From the IMG/VR virus record IMGVR_UViG_3300007784_000001, positions 1-54,842 of that record: a stretch of DNA of 54,842 nucleotides; one strand, written 5' to 3'. Positions 28,769-39,064 of this stretch are shown here, piece after piece. The notes beneath the pieces were generated by a model. That model was not told the origin of the DNA. It ran no database searches and was given only the letters and a program-made list of their open reading frames with translations. The stretch is from a virus (taxonomy: Duplodnaviria; Caudoviricetes). The position numbers and the translations under genes are program-made. Position 1 is the stretch's first letter. Every line of letters begins with the position of its first letter.

Positions 28769-29980
28769 CTAGTTCAAACCGACGTTGATGCCCTTCACCA
28801 TAGCTGTCACTTCCTCAATCTGCACGTCGATCTTGGTCGTGATAGCATATTGGTTGGTCGATTTGAAGATGTCGCGATCTCTCTCGATACGAATGTCGCG
28901 ACCAATTCCGAGAATCAGGTTGGCCATGTTGGTCAACAGCACCTGACCCTGGGAATTGTAGGTGACCTTGAACGTGCCACCACCGGCCAGTGCACCACCG
29001 CCGAGGTTCGAAATCGTACCGGCAGTTGCATCCACCGAATAATCGGTAGCTTCGATATACGGAATCGCCGGAGCCGAACCAAGATCCTGGTCGGTCACGA
29101 TGACGTTTGTCACCGGTCCATACCTAAGTGACTGAGTGTCAACGGCGACACCGAAGGTGATGTCCTGCACCACCAGTGGCTCCTTCTCCAGCAACGGCAC
29201 GCCGACCAACGGCACACCGTACGGACTCAGCAAGCCCTGACTCGTGAGCGCGACATCGCCCATGCCAGTGGCACGAGACGCAATCTTCTCACGATAGAGC
29301 TGCTCATGGTCCAGAGACGACATGAACCGAAGATCCTGACGACGACGCCGGAACTTGATCGGCATCGACGTGATCATGCGAGAGAAGAACGTACTGTTGA
29401 TGTCGGCACCAACAGCATCGTAGACGTTGCCCGAATCGGCTTTGCGCAGCCAGCCATTGAACAACGCCATGTACGTATCTTTGATGTACTGCGTTGTCGA
29501 GCCGTTGTCGTACAGGTCACCCTGAAGACGGGCATGACCAATGGTATCACCATTGATCATCAACTCTTCCATGTCGTTCGCCGTCTGAGTTGCCATCATG
29601 CGAACGATGGTGTTCTCGACACTCTCGCCCTCGATACTGATCTCGGAGAAGTTGTCCGAAATCTCGAACGGAGTCATCAACTCCTTGGGCTGCAAAACGA
29701 TCTTGGAAGTCGAAACACCGCGCCGAACCTGGGGCGCCTGCGCCTCGCTCTTCGGCACGGTCACGCGCTGACCGACACCAATCTTGTCGATCTCCATCGT
29801 TTCTGGCTTGAACCGAACAACGCGAACGTTGCCCTTGAGCATGGTCACATCGATCACATAATCGATGAACTTGTTGCTCTGGACCGGGTTCAGCTTTCCA
29901 CTGGAAGCCAATGCGGTCGTGTCGATCAGCGACTTCTCAACCAGTTCTCGTGCCTTGAGAAGAAGTTCTTCATTCGTCAT
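28769..29980 (-). CDS. Major capsid protein (HK97 fold)
   Basis: GKLNPVQSNKFIDYVID, DMEELMINGD, NGWLRKA, IRIERDRDI motifs; strongly biased codon usage; position after the scaffold. Confidence 0.9.
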   Translation of the reverse strand: MTNEELLLKARELVEKSLIDTTALASSGKLNPVQSNKFIDYVIDVTMLKGNVRVVRFKPETMEIDKIGVGQRVTVPKSEAQAPQVRRGVSTSKIVLQPKELMTPFEISDNFSEISIEGESVENTIVRMMATQTANDMEELMINGDTIGHARLQGDLYDNGSTTQYIKDTYMALFNGWLRKADSGNVYDAVGADINSTFFSRMITSMPIKFRRRRQDLRFMSSLDHEQLYREKIASRATGMGDVALTSQGLLSPYGVPLVGVPLLEKEPLVVQDITFGVAVDTQSLRYGPVTNVIVTDQDLGSAPAIPYIEATDYSVDATAGTISNLGGGALAGGGTFKVTYNSQGQVLLTNMANLILGIGRDIRIERDRDIFKSTNQYAITTKIDVQIEEVTAMVKGINVGLN

Positions 29981-30021
29981 TTTGATTCAACTCCTTTCGG
30001 GTGATCGTCCCAGACCCATCG

Positions 30022-31647
30022 CTATTCTGCCGACCGAAGCCCCAACACGCCGGTGAAAGATCCTTCGTCCTTCGTATTGGATTTTTCGGTCACTTTGGTG
30101 GTGCGGTCGGGTGCACCACCCCTGGAGTCGGCACGCTTCCGAAGAGCCTTGTCGACTTTCTCCTCGGATGCTTTCGCCATTGATCGAATATCGTCGAGAG
30201 ATTTCTCTACTGCATCGAACTTCTTCTCGAATTTCTCGTCCAACTTTTTCTCCAAGGCTTCAATCGCCTTGAGGACCAAGTTATCGCTCTTAGCCACCGG
30301 TTCCTCGGCGGGCTCAGTTTCAGCGGTTTCCTCCGCAGCCGGCTCCGAAGACTCAGTTGACTCAGTTTCCGAAGCGTCCGCCGCCATTTCATCGGTTGCC
30401 GTTTCGTTCTGTTCAGTGGTTTCTTCGTTCATTGAAGCACTCTCCTGTGGTTCTCCGACAATCGTGGTAGCAGCAGACTTGATCATTTCTTGAGATGCAT
30501 CGAACGCCTTCATAATACGATCGAAGGCTTCGCGCACCGTCATGTCAGCGGCTTTTGCAACTCCCTCTTCGCCAGAGTCGGGCTCCTCCTGCGAAGACGG
30601 TTCCTCGGTATCGTATTCCTCAACAAGTGATTCTAACTCACTTGCCGCTTTGTCGACAGTCGAATCGAGACCTACCGGAATCAGCATCGGTCCAGCATCG
30701 TCGTGTTCGATACCATCAACATAAGTGGTCATGTACTCAGATACCGATTGTACGATATCAACGTACCGATCGCGAACCAGATATGATACCGCACCTGCTT
30801 TTTCGATATCATCCTGTCTCTTCGTAATATCAGCCAAGGAAAGAACCGACTCGGAGATACCACGTTTTTCGACTGGTACCTCGTTACTCGGCAGAAAAGA
30901 TCGAATCTCTGCGGCAAGAGATTTGGTCATATCTACCAGAGCTTGAGGTGGTTTGTCCGCGCCCTCGTCCGTGACCTCCAGGTTTTTCACGACATCCGAC
31001 AGTCCATTGATACTATCCATGACTGACGTCAACCGCTTATGCACAACCTTCATCACCGGGCGGGAGACATCGTTCTCGTCAAGTTTCTTGTCCGACATCG
31101 GTCCTCCCTGTTTCTCCGTCGTCTCAGATTTTGTCAACTCATCCTTCAAATCCGAAGGCAACATTTGATCTAGCGGGTCTTCTGCATCATACCCTGGTTC
31201 AATCCCATGTTGCAATTCTGCACGAACTATGCGCTCATGAACGACTTTTTTCGAAGAATCTTGCTTGTATGCGTCGGCATTTTGTTTGAATCGAACTCGT
31301 GCATTTGCTGCACGTTCCTTGGTATCAGTTGGATATTTCAGGTTGACCGGGTCACCGTACTCATCCAATTTGGTTGGAAAGCTACTGGGATATGTCAGGT
31401 GAGAACCAGACTCAAGAACCTCAATACCGTATGCTTTAGAACGAGCTTCACGTGCAGCAACAAGCTCTTCACGTGACATGCTATCACTGGGCTCGTTCGC
31501 CTTTGCGACGTCTAACCGGTTAGACATTCCTTTGACAACCATGTGAGGTTCGCCAATAGCCGGAACATCTACCGCCGAGACTTCTGTCGGTTTGATATCT
31601 CGGAGAACAGCCTTGGCATCGGGAGATTCGCCCAACGTCGGCATCAC
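30022..31647 (-). CDS. Scaffold-like head protein with an N-terminal protease-type EVSxVDxPA segment and a DUF6582-like domain
   Basis: TEVSAVDVPA, KYPTDTKERAANARVRF, long acidic and coiled-coil C-terminus; between portal and capsid. Confidence 0.65.
   Translation of the reverse strand: MMPTLGESPDAKAVLRDIKPTEVSAVDVPAIGEPHMVVKGMSNRLDVAKANEPSDSMSREELVAAREARSKAYGIEVLESGSHLTYPSSFPTKLDEYGDPVNLKYPTDTKERAANARVRFKQNADAYKQDSSKKVVHERIVRAELQHGIEPGYDAEDPLDQMLPSDLKDELTKSETTEKQGGPMSDKKLDENDVSRPVMKVVHKRLTSVMDSINGLSDVVKNLEVTDEGADKPPQALVDMTKSLAAEIRSFLPSNEVPVEKRGISESVLSLADITKRQDDIEKAGAVSYLVRDRYVDIVQSVSEYMTTYVDGIEHDDAGPMLIPVGLDSTVDKAASELESLVEEYDTEEPSSQEEPDSGEEGVAKAADMTVREAFDRIMKAFDASQEMIKSAATTIVGEPQESASMNEETTEQNETATDEMAADASETESTESSEPAAEETAETEPAEEPVAKSDNLVLKAIEALEKKLDEKFEKKFDAVEKSLDDIRSMAKASEEKVDKALRKRADSRGGAPDRTTKVTEKSNTKDEGSFTGVLGLRSAE
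31509..31526. repeat. Palindrome copy 10 (CGTCTAACCGGTTAGACA), intragenic
   Basis: Encodes MSNRLD inside the scaffold-like gene. Confidence 0.92.
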
Positions 31648-33968
31648 TTACCTCGTGTGTTATGTAATCTTTTGAGTTGCTGAACCGCCGCCACTCCACC
31701 AATGCTCCAACCGGTCAGCTCGCCGCTCTTGAACATATTCCACAATGATGCATCTCTAATACGAGCATACAGTATCCAAGTGCCTTTGGGGTAAGTCAAG
31801 GTCGACAGTTCCTTTGATGGATGATTATCTGACGCGGCAGGTACTTCAACTTCGAACTCCATATCTCTGTCGAGGACGTAACTCTGAATGGGACGAGCAG
31901 CATCATATATTACCTCCCCCTGATGCATAAACTTGATGCCATTCTCTTTGGGGTCCTCCATATAGTGCTCAAGCCAATAGTGGGCCGCTGATTCAGTAGC
32001 CTGGTCGTCGTAGATGTCACCTTGTAAATCCACCACACCAGGAACCAAAACAGCACCTCCAACAATGCGTTCTTCACCATCAGAATCGGCCTTGAACACT
32101 TTATCGATCGGAACATCTATCAATTTTTCACTAAATGTTTCGATCTGTGCAAGTCTTTCTTTGGCTTCCCCCTTCGTATCATAACATCCAAAGTTGGTTT
32201 CCCCATCTTCTGAGTAAACACAATATTCATTACCGACCTGACGAATCGTTTTCTCTTTGTCTTCCTCGTCGGTACAACTTGCTTTGATTTGAGGAACAGT
32301 TTTCTTCTGCAACGACATCAACTTGATAAGCGTATTCACAGCATTATACGCTTCTTCCGGCATGGAATCACTACCGTCCATCATCATCTTCAATTTTTGA
32401 AGTTGGTCGACAGCTTGATCTTCAGTTATTCCAGCGGCTGCAATGTCAGCTTGCATCTGTTCTCGCAACATTGTCAACGAGAACGGAACATCTCCAGGTA
32501 TCTCTTCTGAGATAGGTGGCAATTCACGTCCCAATACATCCTCAGTAATGAGACGAGAAATCTCTGGTGACAAACCACCACTCTGCTCGGCGACTGCGAG
32601 CAACTGTGTCAATTCATAATTGTCCGTAATGTCAGGTGTATTAGAGCGAAATAGCACGTTAGGAGTACCGAGAGCAGGAACAATAGTCTGGTTCCATACA
32701 TCGTCATCCTCATTTCGTGCCGGACGAAATACTTGCTCCTCACCGACTTTGCGCGAGCTATCAGCAGTTGCCCGAGTGTAATCCTCTGCCCTCCCCATAA
32801 AGATAGGAGGTAGACGGAATGAACGACGTATCTTGTCATCGTTGCGTTCCATGTAGTTGACGAACAACGCATCCGTATGCTGGACCTGAGTCAGCTCTTT
32901 GATTTCCAGCTTCATTGTACCGGGGTCGCGCATACCCTCGGTAACCGGCTCACCTTCAATCAGAAGAATCGTCGAGTAATTGTCATCTCCCTGAATCCGT
33001 TCCTCGACAAACTTCTGTATCCGTTCAATCGATGCTTCGGTCAATTGAACGTTGGTAGCCATCAACATCAAAGCAGGAATGTTGTTGCTTCTGAATGTCG
33101 TATAGTTGATTACTTCGGCAGCACGGTTACCGAACACAGTAAAGAGATTACCAATCCACCGAGGCATACCGTAAGGACTACGAGAACTATATAGGCGAAG
33201 ATGTACCACCTCAGTCGCCAGCATATCCTCAGTAAAGTTTGGATCGCGGAGTTCTTCTTCAGTGAATACTTCTCCAGTTTCTTTACTGATTGGTCTTGGG
33301 TCGCCCCACTCTTTAAAATATACTTTCGTCGATTCGGCATCCCGAATTTGAACATATCGTCGAAACCGTTTGTTGTAAGGAAATGTTTGTATTGACCAAC
33401 TACCATCGGGACCTTGAACTGAACGAAGTACTTCATGCTCAGTCATTACTTCATCTTCTTTTCGAAGACGCATTTGCCAACTAGGTAGATGTGTCAATCC
33501 AGCGGGTTCGTCTGTAACAACACTACGGAGAACTTCATAATACGCATTGCCGGTTGTTTCGAGATCTATTCGAAGGTTCGAACGAAATGTCGTGAATGAT
33601 TCTGTTGGTTCAAGGATTGCATTAGAAAAGAAGTTCTTGACCTTCGCCAACTCCGTGCGAATGTTATCTTCAGGAACTTCTTCTCTTCTCTGGTTACTGT
33701 CGCGAGGAACTATACGATGTCCCATCTTTGCAATGTTCACTGTCATTGCATCGATAGCTGGACCAAGCTCGGATGAAACTTCTGGCATCACGGCAAGAGT
33801 AAAGAGATCGTAAGGTGGTTCAATAATTCCACCTTCATTGTACATATTGATAAATGGGTCTTCCGGCAACGCACGTGATACTCCACGTGCATCTTTCTTG
33901 ATTTGTATCGGAATGACCTTTGCAACGTATTGGTTTTCACCAAGCATCTCAGCAGTAGCTGTGGACAT
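31644..33968 (-). CDS. Portal protein (PBSX-type) fused to a C-terminal XkdF-like prohead protease
   Basis: Portal motifs IEPPYD, DLETTGNAYYEV, YGMPRW, FRLPPIFMG; C-terminal VLVPGVVDLQGD, FMHQG, GTW, KSGELTGWSIGG. Confidence 0.88.
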   Translation of the reverse strand: MSTATAEMLGENQYVAKVIPIQIKKDARGVSRALPEDPFINMYNEGGIIEPPYDLFTLAVMPEVSSELGPAIDAMTVNIAKMGHRIVPRDSNQRREEVPEDNIRTELAKVKNFFSNAILEPTESFTTFRSNLRIDLETTGNAYYEVLRSVVTDEPAGLTHLPSWQMRLRKEDEVMTEHEVLRSVQGPDGSWSIQTFPYNKRFRRYVQIRDAESTKVYFKEWGDPRPISKETGEVFTEEELRDPNFTEDMLATEVVHLRLYSSRSPYGMPRWIGNLFTVFGNRAAEVINYTTFRSNNIPALMLMATNVQLTEASIERIQKFVEERIQGDDNYSTILLIEGEPVTEGMRDPGTMKLEIKELTQVQHTDALFVNYMERNDDKIRRSFRLPPIFMGRAEDYTRATADSSRKVGEEQVFRPARNEDDDVWNQTIVPALGTPNVLFRSNTPDITDNYELTQLLAVAEQSGGLSPEISRLITEDVLGRELPPISEEIPGDVPFSLTMLREQMQADIAAAGITEDQAVDQLQKLKMMMDGSDSMPEEAYNAVNTLIKLMSLQKKTVPQIKASCTDEEDKEKTIRQVGNEYCVYSEDGETNFGCYDTKGEAKERLAQIETFSEKLIDVPIDKVFKADSDGEERIVGGAVLVPGVVDLQGDIYDDQATESAAHYWLEHYMEDPKENGIKFMHQGEVIYDAARPIQSYVLDRDMEFEVEVPAASDNHPSKELSTLTYPKGTWILYARIRDASLWNMFKSGELTGWSIGGVAAVQQLKRLHNTRGK

Positions 33969-33979
33969 CGATCACCTCA

Positions 33980-33997
33980 CGTCTAACCAGTTAGACA
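33980..33997. repeat. Palindrome copy 11 (CGTCTAACCAGTTAGACA)
   Basis: Immediately after the TerL TAG and before the portal SD. Confidence 0.95.
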
Positions 33998-35668
33998 CTA
34001 GAATAGTCCGGGTTCCTTATGGCGCGGCCTGCGTTTCCGAGCACCACCTTGTAATGCTCCATTGACCGCGAAATACAAAGCGTCAAATCTGTCTTTTAGT
34101 TTCACGTCTGGAAACCCTGTCAACTGCGCTTCTAGTGATGCCATTCGGCCTTTACGATGAAACACCTGCTTTCTCTCATAATAGAGTTGTAAAGCACGTG
34201 CTCTCGTAATCTTGTCTTTCGTTGTCCAAATCGGACGTGTTGGAATATCAGGCCATTCCGTAGCCACCGTAGATTCTAACACTGCCTGATAGGCGTTCGC
34301 CTCAACAAAAACACGAACTGGGTTGAACATGTCGTTGATCTCAACAAGTTGTTCACATTGCTCTTTAAATGTCAATCTTGATGCAAACTCATAGAGTACA
34401 TAAACTTCAAATATTTGTCGAATAACACCAATAACTACTACAGAGAATTCATCGGCATCATCTTTGAGAGACGATGCTAAGTCGACTCCCATCCATACAG
34501 CAAGGTCGTACTTCTTAACCATTCGTATTGGGTCATCATCGTAATACTGAAACCAACGACTCTGAAAGTAACTACCGCTCATGAACTTCGTGCGGTTCTG
34601 ATACTGACATTCAAAATCAGCGAGAGGCATGGATGCGCGCCTCTCGATGATCTTCTTCATCGGGAACCCTACCGGGTCATAACAAACAGCATTCGGAGGA
34701 GCATAGAAACGTCCCTTGTTATCCTGTTCAAGATCTACTGCCTTGCCTGTTCGTTTATCGAACACAGCAGGAATAACTAGATTGGATTCCTTGAACTTGG
34801 GGTCATTCTCACAAAGATACCCGTACAAATCCTCGGGATGGTAACGAGTACCAAGTACACGCATTTCTCCATCAGGACGAAGTGTAGGTAGCAATGAGGT
34901 ATAAAAGAAACGGATGAGGTGTTCTCGTTGGGTCTCAGTGCGAGAATTCCTCAACTCAACCAAGTCATCAGCGATAATGATATCGAAGTGCTTAGAGACA
35001 ACCGCGCCGTCTGCACCGGCAATTGTAAACGTGTGCTCTTTAGTCTGTTTGACGCGACCGCTAATATCCGCTTGTGTCTCGTCCCACTTGACTCCCCGTA
35101 GTTCTCCAAATAGTTCGGTGAGTTCAGGTTTGAGCAGATTCGCTTTAATCTCTGAAAGGAACGATTGAGACTGTTGTACCGTTCGTGAAGCGATGAGTAT
35201 TCGAACATCTCGGTTCTGCAACGCTCGCATAACGGCATAGCATATATTAGCAGATGTCGACTTACCCGATCCACGAGGCGCCAACACCAATCCAAATTGA
35301 CGGTCTTCGAAGAAACGGTGAATCACCATTTGGTGATCGGGGGCTCTATACCCCAGTATCTTCATCAAGACATCGAGTCGATCTTCTTCCAGTATCAGCC
35401 GACGAATATACTCCTGCTGAGTCTTATCGAGTTCCATGATGGATTCGATAAGCGCATCGCGCCGAAGCATATCGGCGTTCTCTTTGGTGATATCAAAAAC
35501 TTCATCGGCATATTCACGGCCAACTAAATCAATCGGAATATCAGGAGTGATACCACGTCCACGATCGCGTTCCTTACCAGTCCATGGGTCATATATCCTT
35601 CTCTTCGAACTCTCCGTCCATGATTGGTTGGGGTCCGTGAGATCGCTCAAAAACGGATTCTCGTCCAT
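33998..35668 (-). CDS. terL: Terminase large subunit
   Basis: Walker A APRGSGKS, Walker B IIIADD, GTRYH, nuclease GVDLA and KDRFDA. Confidence 0.93.
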   Translation of the reverse strand: MDENPFLSDLTDPNQSWTESSKRRIYDPWTGKERDRGRGITPDIPIDLVGREYADEVFDITKENADMLRRDALIESIMELDKTQQEYIRRLILEEDRLDVLMKILGYRAPDHQMVIHRFFEDRQFGLVLAPRGSGKSTSANICYAVMRALQNRDVRILIASRTVQQSQSFLSEIKANLLKPELTELFGELRGVKWDETQADISGRVKQTKEHTFTIAGADGAVVSKHFDIIIADDLVELRNSRTETQREHLIRFFYTSLLPTLRPDGEMRVLGTRYHPEDLYGYLCENDPKFKESNLVIPAVFDKRTGKAVDLEQDNKGRFYAPPNAVCYDPVGFPMKKIIERRASMPLADFECQYQNRTKFMSGSYFQSRWFQYYDDDPIRMVKKYDLAVWMGVDLASSLKDDADEFSVVVIGVIRQIFEVYVLYEFASRLTFKEQCEQLVEINDMFNPVRVFVEANAYQAVLESTVATEWPDIPTRPIWTTKDKITRARALQLYYERKQVFHRKGRMASLEAQLTGFPDVKLKDRFDALYFAVNGALQGGARKRRPRHKEPGLF

Positions 35669-36374
35669 CGTTTCCTTGCTCCAACATTTTGATATACATC
35701 TTCGGAAGTGTTCCCTTGTCTACCAGCTCTTCAAACTGATTGAGCTTCTTCTGAAGTGTCTTCCGAAGTTGTTCGGTTGGTAATGCTGCAAGATTCAACT
35801 GTCCAGAAACTCGGACTTCTTTTGCACGTTTCTGAATCACTCCCATATCTTGACCGGTCTTGATTGTCCGTTCAAGAATTTCACTCTTCGCTTTGATTGC
35901 AATAACCGCAGCTTGAGATGACGGAGCAGTACCAAGAATCTTTCGAGCAACTCCAGGAGAACCATATAGCTTGGCTGCTCTATTCCAATTCTTGATAGAA
36001 CGATATGTCTCTTCCACAAAGTAATCAAGATCGCGAAGGCATTGCTCTTGTTGCAAACTATAGACGTAATACCGATGCGCAGTTGTCATAGCTAACTGCT
36101 TCTGTCCATCATTTGCAAGTAATCGTTTTTCAATTGTAGCTATTTGATCATCGCGTAGACCCATGACTACCATGATTTCTTCGCGATTCATTCCCTCCGC
36201 AATACATGCCCGAAGCAACTCTTCTTCGATTCGTTGACGTGTCCTGCGAATAATCGGACGTTCTGTAGATTCCTGTCGCTCGGGTGGCCTGATAATATTC
36301 GAACGTTTTCGATCTTCTTTGAGTTCCTTCACCACTTTTCGTTTCGGCGGTGCTAGCTTTCGAACTTTGGACAT
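35589..36374 (-). CDS. Putative terminase small subunit
   Basis: Directly upstream of TerL; HTH-like GMNREEIMVVMG plus helical region; start taken at ATG 36374 to avoid overlapping the divergent MTase. Confidence 0.5.
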   Translation of the reverse strand: MSKVRKLAPPKRKVVKELKEDRKRSNIIRPPERQESTERPIIRRTRQRIEEELLRACIAEGMNREEIMVVMGLRDDQIATIEKRLLANDGQKQLAMTTAHRYYVYSLQQEQCLRDLDYFVEETYRSIKNWNRAAKLYGSPGVARKILGTAPSSQAAVIAIKAKSEILERTIKTGQDMGVIQKRAKEVRVSGQLNLAALPTEQLRKTLQKKLNQFEELVDKGTLPKMYIKMLEQGNDGRESVFERSHGPQPIMDGEFEEKDI

Positions 36375-36433
36375 AACACTAGATATACGATCTCTATTGT
36401 TTTTACTCAAGACTAAGTGCATATAATGCACAG

Positions 36434-37258
36434 ATGGAACCAATCATCAAATGGGTCGGCGGTAAACGATGGCTAGCTCCTCGAATAACACCTCTTATTC
36501 GTAAACACTTGAAAGGAAACTATTATGAACCGTTCATGGGCAGCGCCAGTGTGTTCCTGGCAGTGCAACCCACCGGTAAATCCTATTTATACGACTCCGT
36601 TGACGCCCTCGTCGCCGCGTTCCTCGTTATCAAACGGGAACCCATGGGAGTATGGTCGTACCTTAGAAGACTCAGAAAGACACCGAATACTCAACAGGCA
36701 TATAACCAACACCGAAGTTACTTCAATGGAAAGCTCGAACACGGACAATTCGACTCGGAGTTCGCCGCCTACTTTCTCTACCTCAATCGTACCGGTTACA
36801 ACGGATTGTGGCGCCAAAATGCAAACGGAGACTATAACGTCCCATTCGGAGATTACAGTAAAGTACGATTGCCATCTATCTCAGAGCTGATTGCATTTTC
36901 AAAATGTACCCAAAATGCATCAATACGTGGTATTACTTCTCCAGATGATACACTCGAAGTTATTCGAAGAACCGAACCAGGTGATGTCATATTCTCAGAC
37001 CCACCATATCTCAATACGTATCAAGGATACGACGGTATCTTCGAAGCTGGATATGATTATCAATCGGACCTAGCAATAGCTCTTTGGAAATCTGCACGAC
37101 GTGGTGTAAAAGTATTTGCTACTAACATAGACTGTAAAGAAACCAGAGGCTGGTATGGAGCTTTCTGTAAAATACATACATTCAAACGAGCGCAGTCAAT
37201 CGCTGGTACCACACAAGGAAGAAAACAATGGAACCAAATCCTAGCAGTGAGCCAGTAA
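36434..37258 (+). CDS. dam: DNA adenine methyltransferase (Dam/D12 class)
   Basis: IKWVGGK, YEPFMGSASV, FLYLNRTGYNGLWR.N..G.YNVPFG, DPPY. Confidence 0.93.
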   Translation: MEPIIKWVGGKRWLAPRITPLIRKHLKGNYYEPFMGSASVFLAVQPTGKSYLYDSVDALVAAFLVIKREPMGVWSYLRRLRKTPNTQQAYNQHRSYFNGKLEHGQFDSEFAAYFLYLNRTGYNGLWRQNANGDYNVPFGDYSKVRLPSISELIAFSKCTQNASIRGITSPDDTLEVIRRTEPGDVIFSDPPYLNTYQGYDGIFEAGYDYQSDLAIALWKSARRGVKVFATNIDCKETRGWYGAFCKIHTFKRAQSIAGTTQGRKQWNQILAVSQ

Positions 37259-37509
37259 TCGATGACAACCGATGCTACATTTGCAACGAATCCAACGGGC
37301 CAATCAATCCTGTATCGTGGATTCCAATGAGTAACGTTCGCATAACTCGTCACCTTTGTAGTAAATGTGCAGATGCATTCGATAATGAAACACACAGAAT
37401 ACAAACTCGGAAAGCATATGAACTACACGTTGCTTACAATCACTGGGAAAGTGTACAGCGCGCACGATACTTCTTCGCTAACCGGCAGCACATCCTCCCT
37501 GGAGTCTAA
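37228..37509 (+). CDS. Small Zn-finger-like protein
   Basis: CYIC...LCSKC. Confidence 0.55.
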   Translation: MEPNPSSEPVIDDNRCYICNESNGPINPVSWIPMSNVRITRHLCSKCADAFDNETHRIQTRKAYELHVAYNHWESVQRARYFFANRQHILPGV

Positions 37510-37520
37510 CCGGTTAGACA
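37503..37520. repeat. Palindrome copy 12 (AGTCTAACCGGTTAGACA)
   Basis: Supplies GTC-TAA of a plus-strand gene; next ATG 1 nt later. Confidence 0.95.
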
Positions 37521-37521
37521 C

Positions 37522-37737
37522 ATGAGATACAGACGACTACTATCAGACGTGCGGTGGGCCTTTCGCGAATCGGTCAGAGAGTCATCGCTGGAAGTTGAGC
37601 GGGGCATCTACCACAGATTGTGCGACCACTGTCAGATCATCAACGTAAAATGCTGCCCGAGATCTCGCCAATTGCACGGTAAATACCGTAACATGGTGGC
37701 GGTGAGCTGCATTTATTTTCTTCCACATCGGTCATAA
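37522..37737 (+). CDS. Hypothetical Cys-rich protein
   Basis: 71 aa in the plus-strand operon. Confidence 0.45.
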   Translation: MRYRRLLSDVRWAFRESVRESSLEVERGIYHRLCDHCQIINVKCCPRSRQLHGKYRNMVAVSCIYFLPHRS

Positions 37738-37747
37738 CCCACCACAG

Positions 37748-38095
37748 TTGTCCATAATTAAAGAGATGGCCCTAAGCAGTAAGCAAGCAGCAAGAATTCT
37801 TGGCGTCACCGTTGATGCGTCCCTCGCCGAAATTAACAAGGTGTTTCGGCAACGCGCACGAACCTGTCATCCTGACCTCCATCCTGGTGACAATGAGGCC
37901 GAAGCCAAGTATCGTCGGCTGAACGAAGCATTCACCGTTCTATCGACGATACAAGAAAACGCTCGTCGAAAGAGAGGAATGGAGGAGGATATCCTTGATA
38001 ACGAATTCGAAAGATGGATTAGGAAACTTGACCCACAAAAACGAAAAAACATCAAGCGTCAGATCAGACGGCATAAAAAGAAGGATGACGTCTGA
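37748..38095 (+). CDS. J-domain (DnaJ-type) protein; likely start ATG 37766
   Basis: ILGV...AS..EI...FR..A...HPD...AEAKYRRLNEAF.VLS with intact HPD. Confidence 0.88.
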   Translation: MSIIKEMALSSKQAARILGVTVDASLAEINKVFRQRARTCHPDLHPGDNEAEAKYRRLNEAFTVLSTIQENARRKRGMEEDILDNEFERWIRKLDPQKRKNIKRQIRRHKKKDDV

Positions 38096-38477
38096 CGAAC
38101 GTGAAGTTCTCCAGGACATCCTGGTGGAATACATCGAGAACCCTCGAAAGATGGGAACGTGTATCACAGATATTGAATCCCTTTTTCGAGAAGTTCATCA
38201 ACGATGGAACCAAGAGACCGGTCATCAAGTTCCACAGAAAAAACCAAAAGTACTGAACAAGCAAGCGCAAGCAATAATCGATGACGTTTGCGAACGATAT
38301 GAAATCGAATACGACGCATTGATAGGTAAGCGACGATCAAAATATCTCATAACCGCACGAGAACAAATTTGCTTTGCAATGCATCAAGCCGGATTCAATT
38401 TCTCTGAAATTGGACGGGCTATCAACCGACATCCAAGTACTGTCATCCATACTCTCAAGAAAGATACGGAGGAGTAA
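38085..38477 (+). CDS. Stand-alone DnaA C-terminal (domain IV) HTH DNA-binding protein
   Basis: IIDDVCERYEI....LIGKRRSK....AR.......FSEIGRAINRHPSTVIH; no AAA+ domain; start set at ATG 38085. Confidence 0.8.
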   Translation: MTSDEREVLQDILVEYIENPRKMGTCITDIESLFREVHQRWNQETGHQVPQKKPKVLNKQAQAIIDDVCERYEIEYDALIGKRRSKYLITAREQICFAMHQAGFNFSEIGRAINRHPSTVIHTLKKDTEE

Positions 38478-39064
38478 TGGCACGTACCGGTATCCGTCCA
38501 TCTGCACCAGAAGCACTCAAAGCAAAATGCTGCGAATGCTGTGCATCATACGGTGACGGTCGATACGCTGACTGTGAAGTACGTATTTGTCCACTCTACT
38601 ACCGTATGCCGTATAGAAAACACAAGCCTGATTTCAGTTGGATATTTGGGAAATGGACTAAGAGCCATCGTCAACAACGGATCGCTCTTGGACTGACAGA
38701 ACAACAATACATCGACAATCACATTATCAAACCAAATGGAAAAATCAGTCTTGGATTCCCTACGCTATTTCGCGCTAAGTGTTACCGATGTTGCAACGAC
38801 TTTTACGATGGACGTGTCGACTGTAACATGCCTGACTGCTCGATATATTATTGGATGCCATATCGAAAGCATACTCCTACCCTCGATTGGCTCTTCGACC
38901 TTCCCTACACCAGACGTCACATTGAACGACGAATTCTCGAAAATCTAACCCGAGAAGAGTACATCGCCAAATACATTGCCAAAACTGTACAAGAAGAACT
39001 AGAAGATGACGATGATGACCCCGAGCCACCGCCACGTATACGTAAAGTTCGGAGGCTACTATAA
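38477..39064 (+). CDS. Protein with a tandemly duplicated Cys-rich (Zn-binding) domain
   Basis: AKCCECC..DGR.ADC...CPLYYRMPYRKH repeated as AKCYRCC..DGRVDC...CSIYYWMPYRKH. Confidence 0.75.
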   Translation: MARTGIRPSAPEALKAKCCECCASYGDGRYADCEVRICPLYYRMPYRKHKPDFSWIFGKWTKSHRQQRIALGLTEQQYIDNHIIKPNGKISLGFPTLFRAKCYRCCNDFYDGRVDCNMPDCSIYYWMPYRKHTPTLDWLFDLPYTRRHIERRILENLTREEYIAKYIAKTVQEELEDDDDDPEPPPRIRKVRRLL

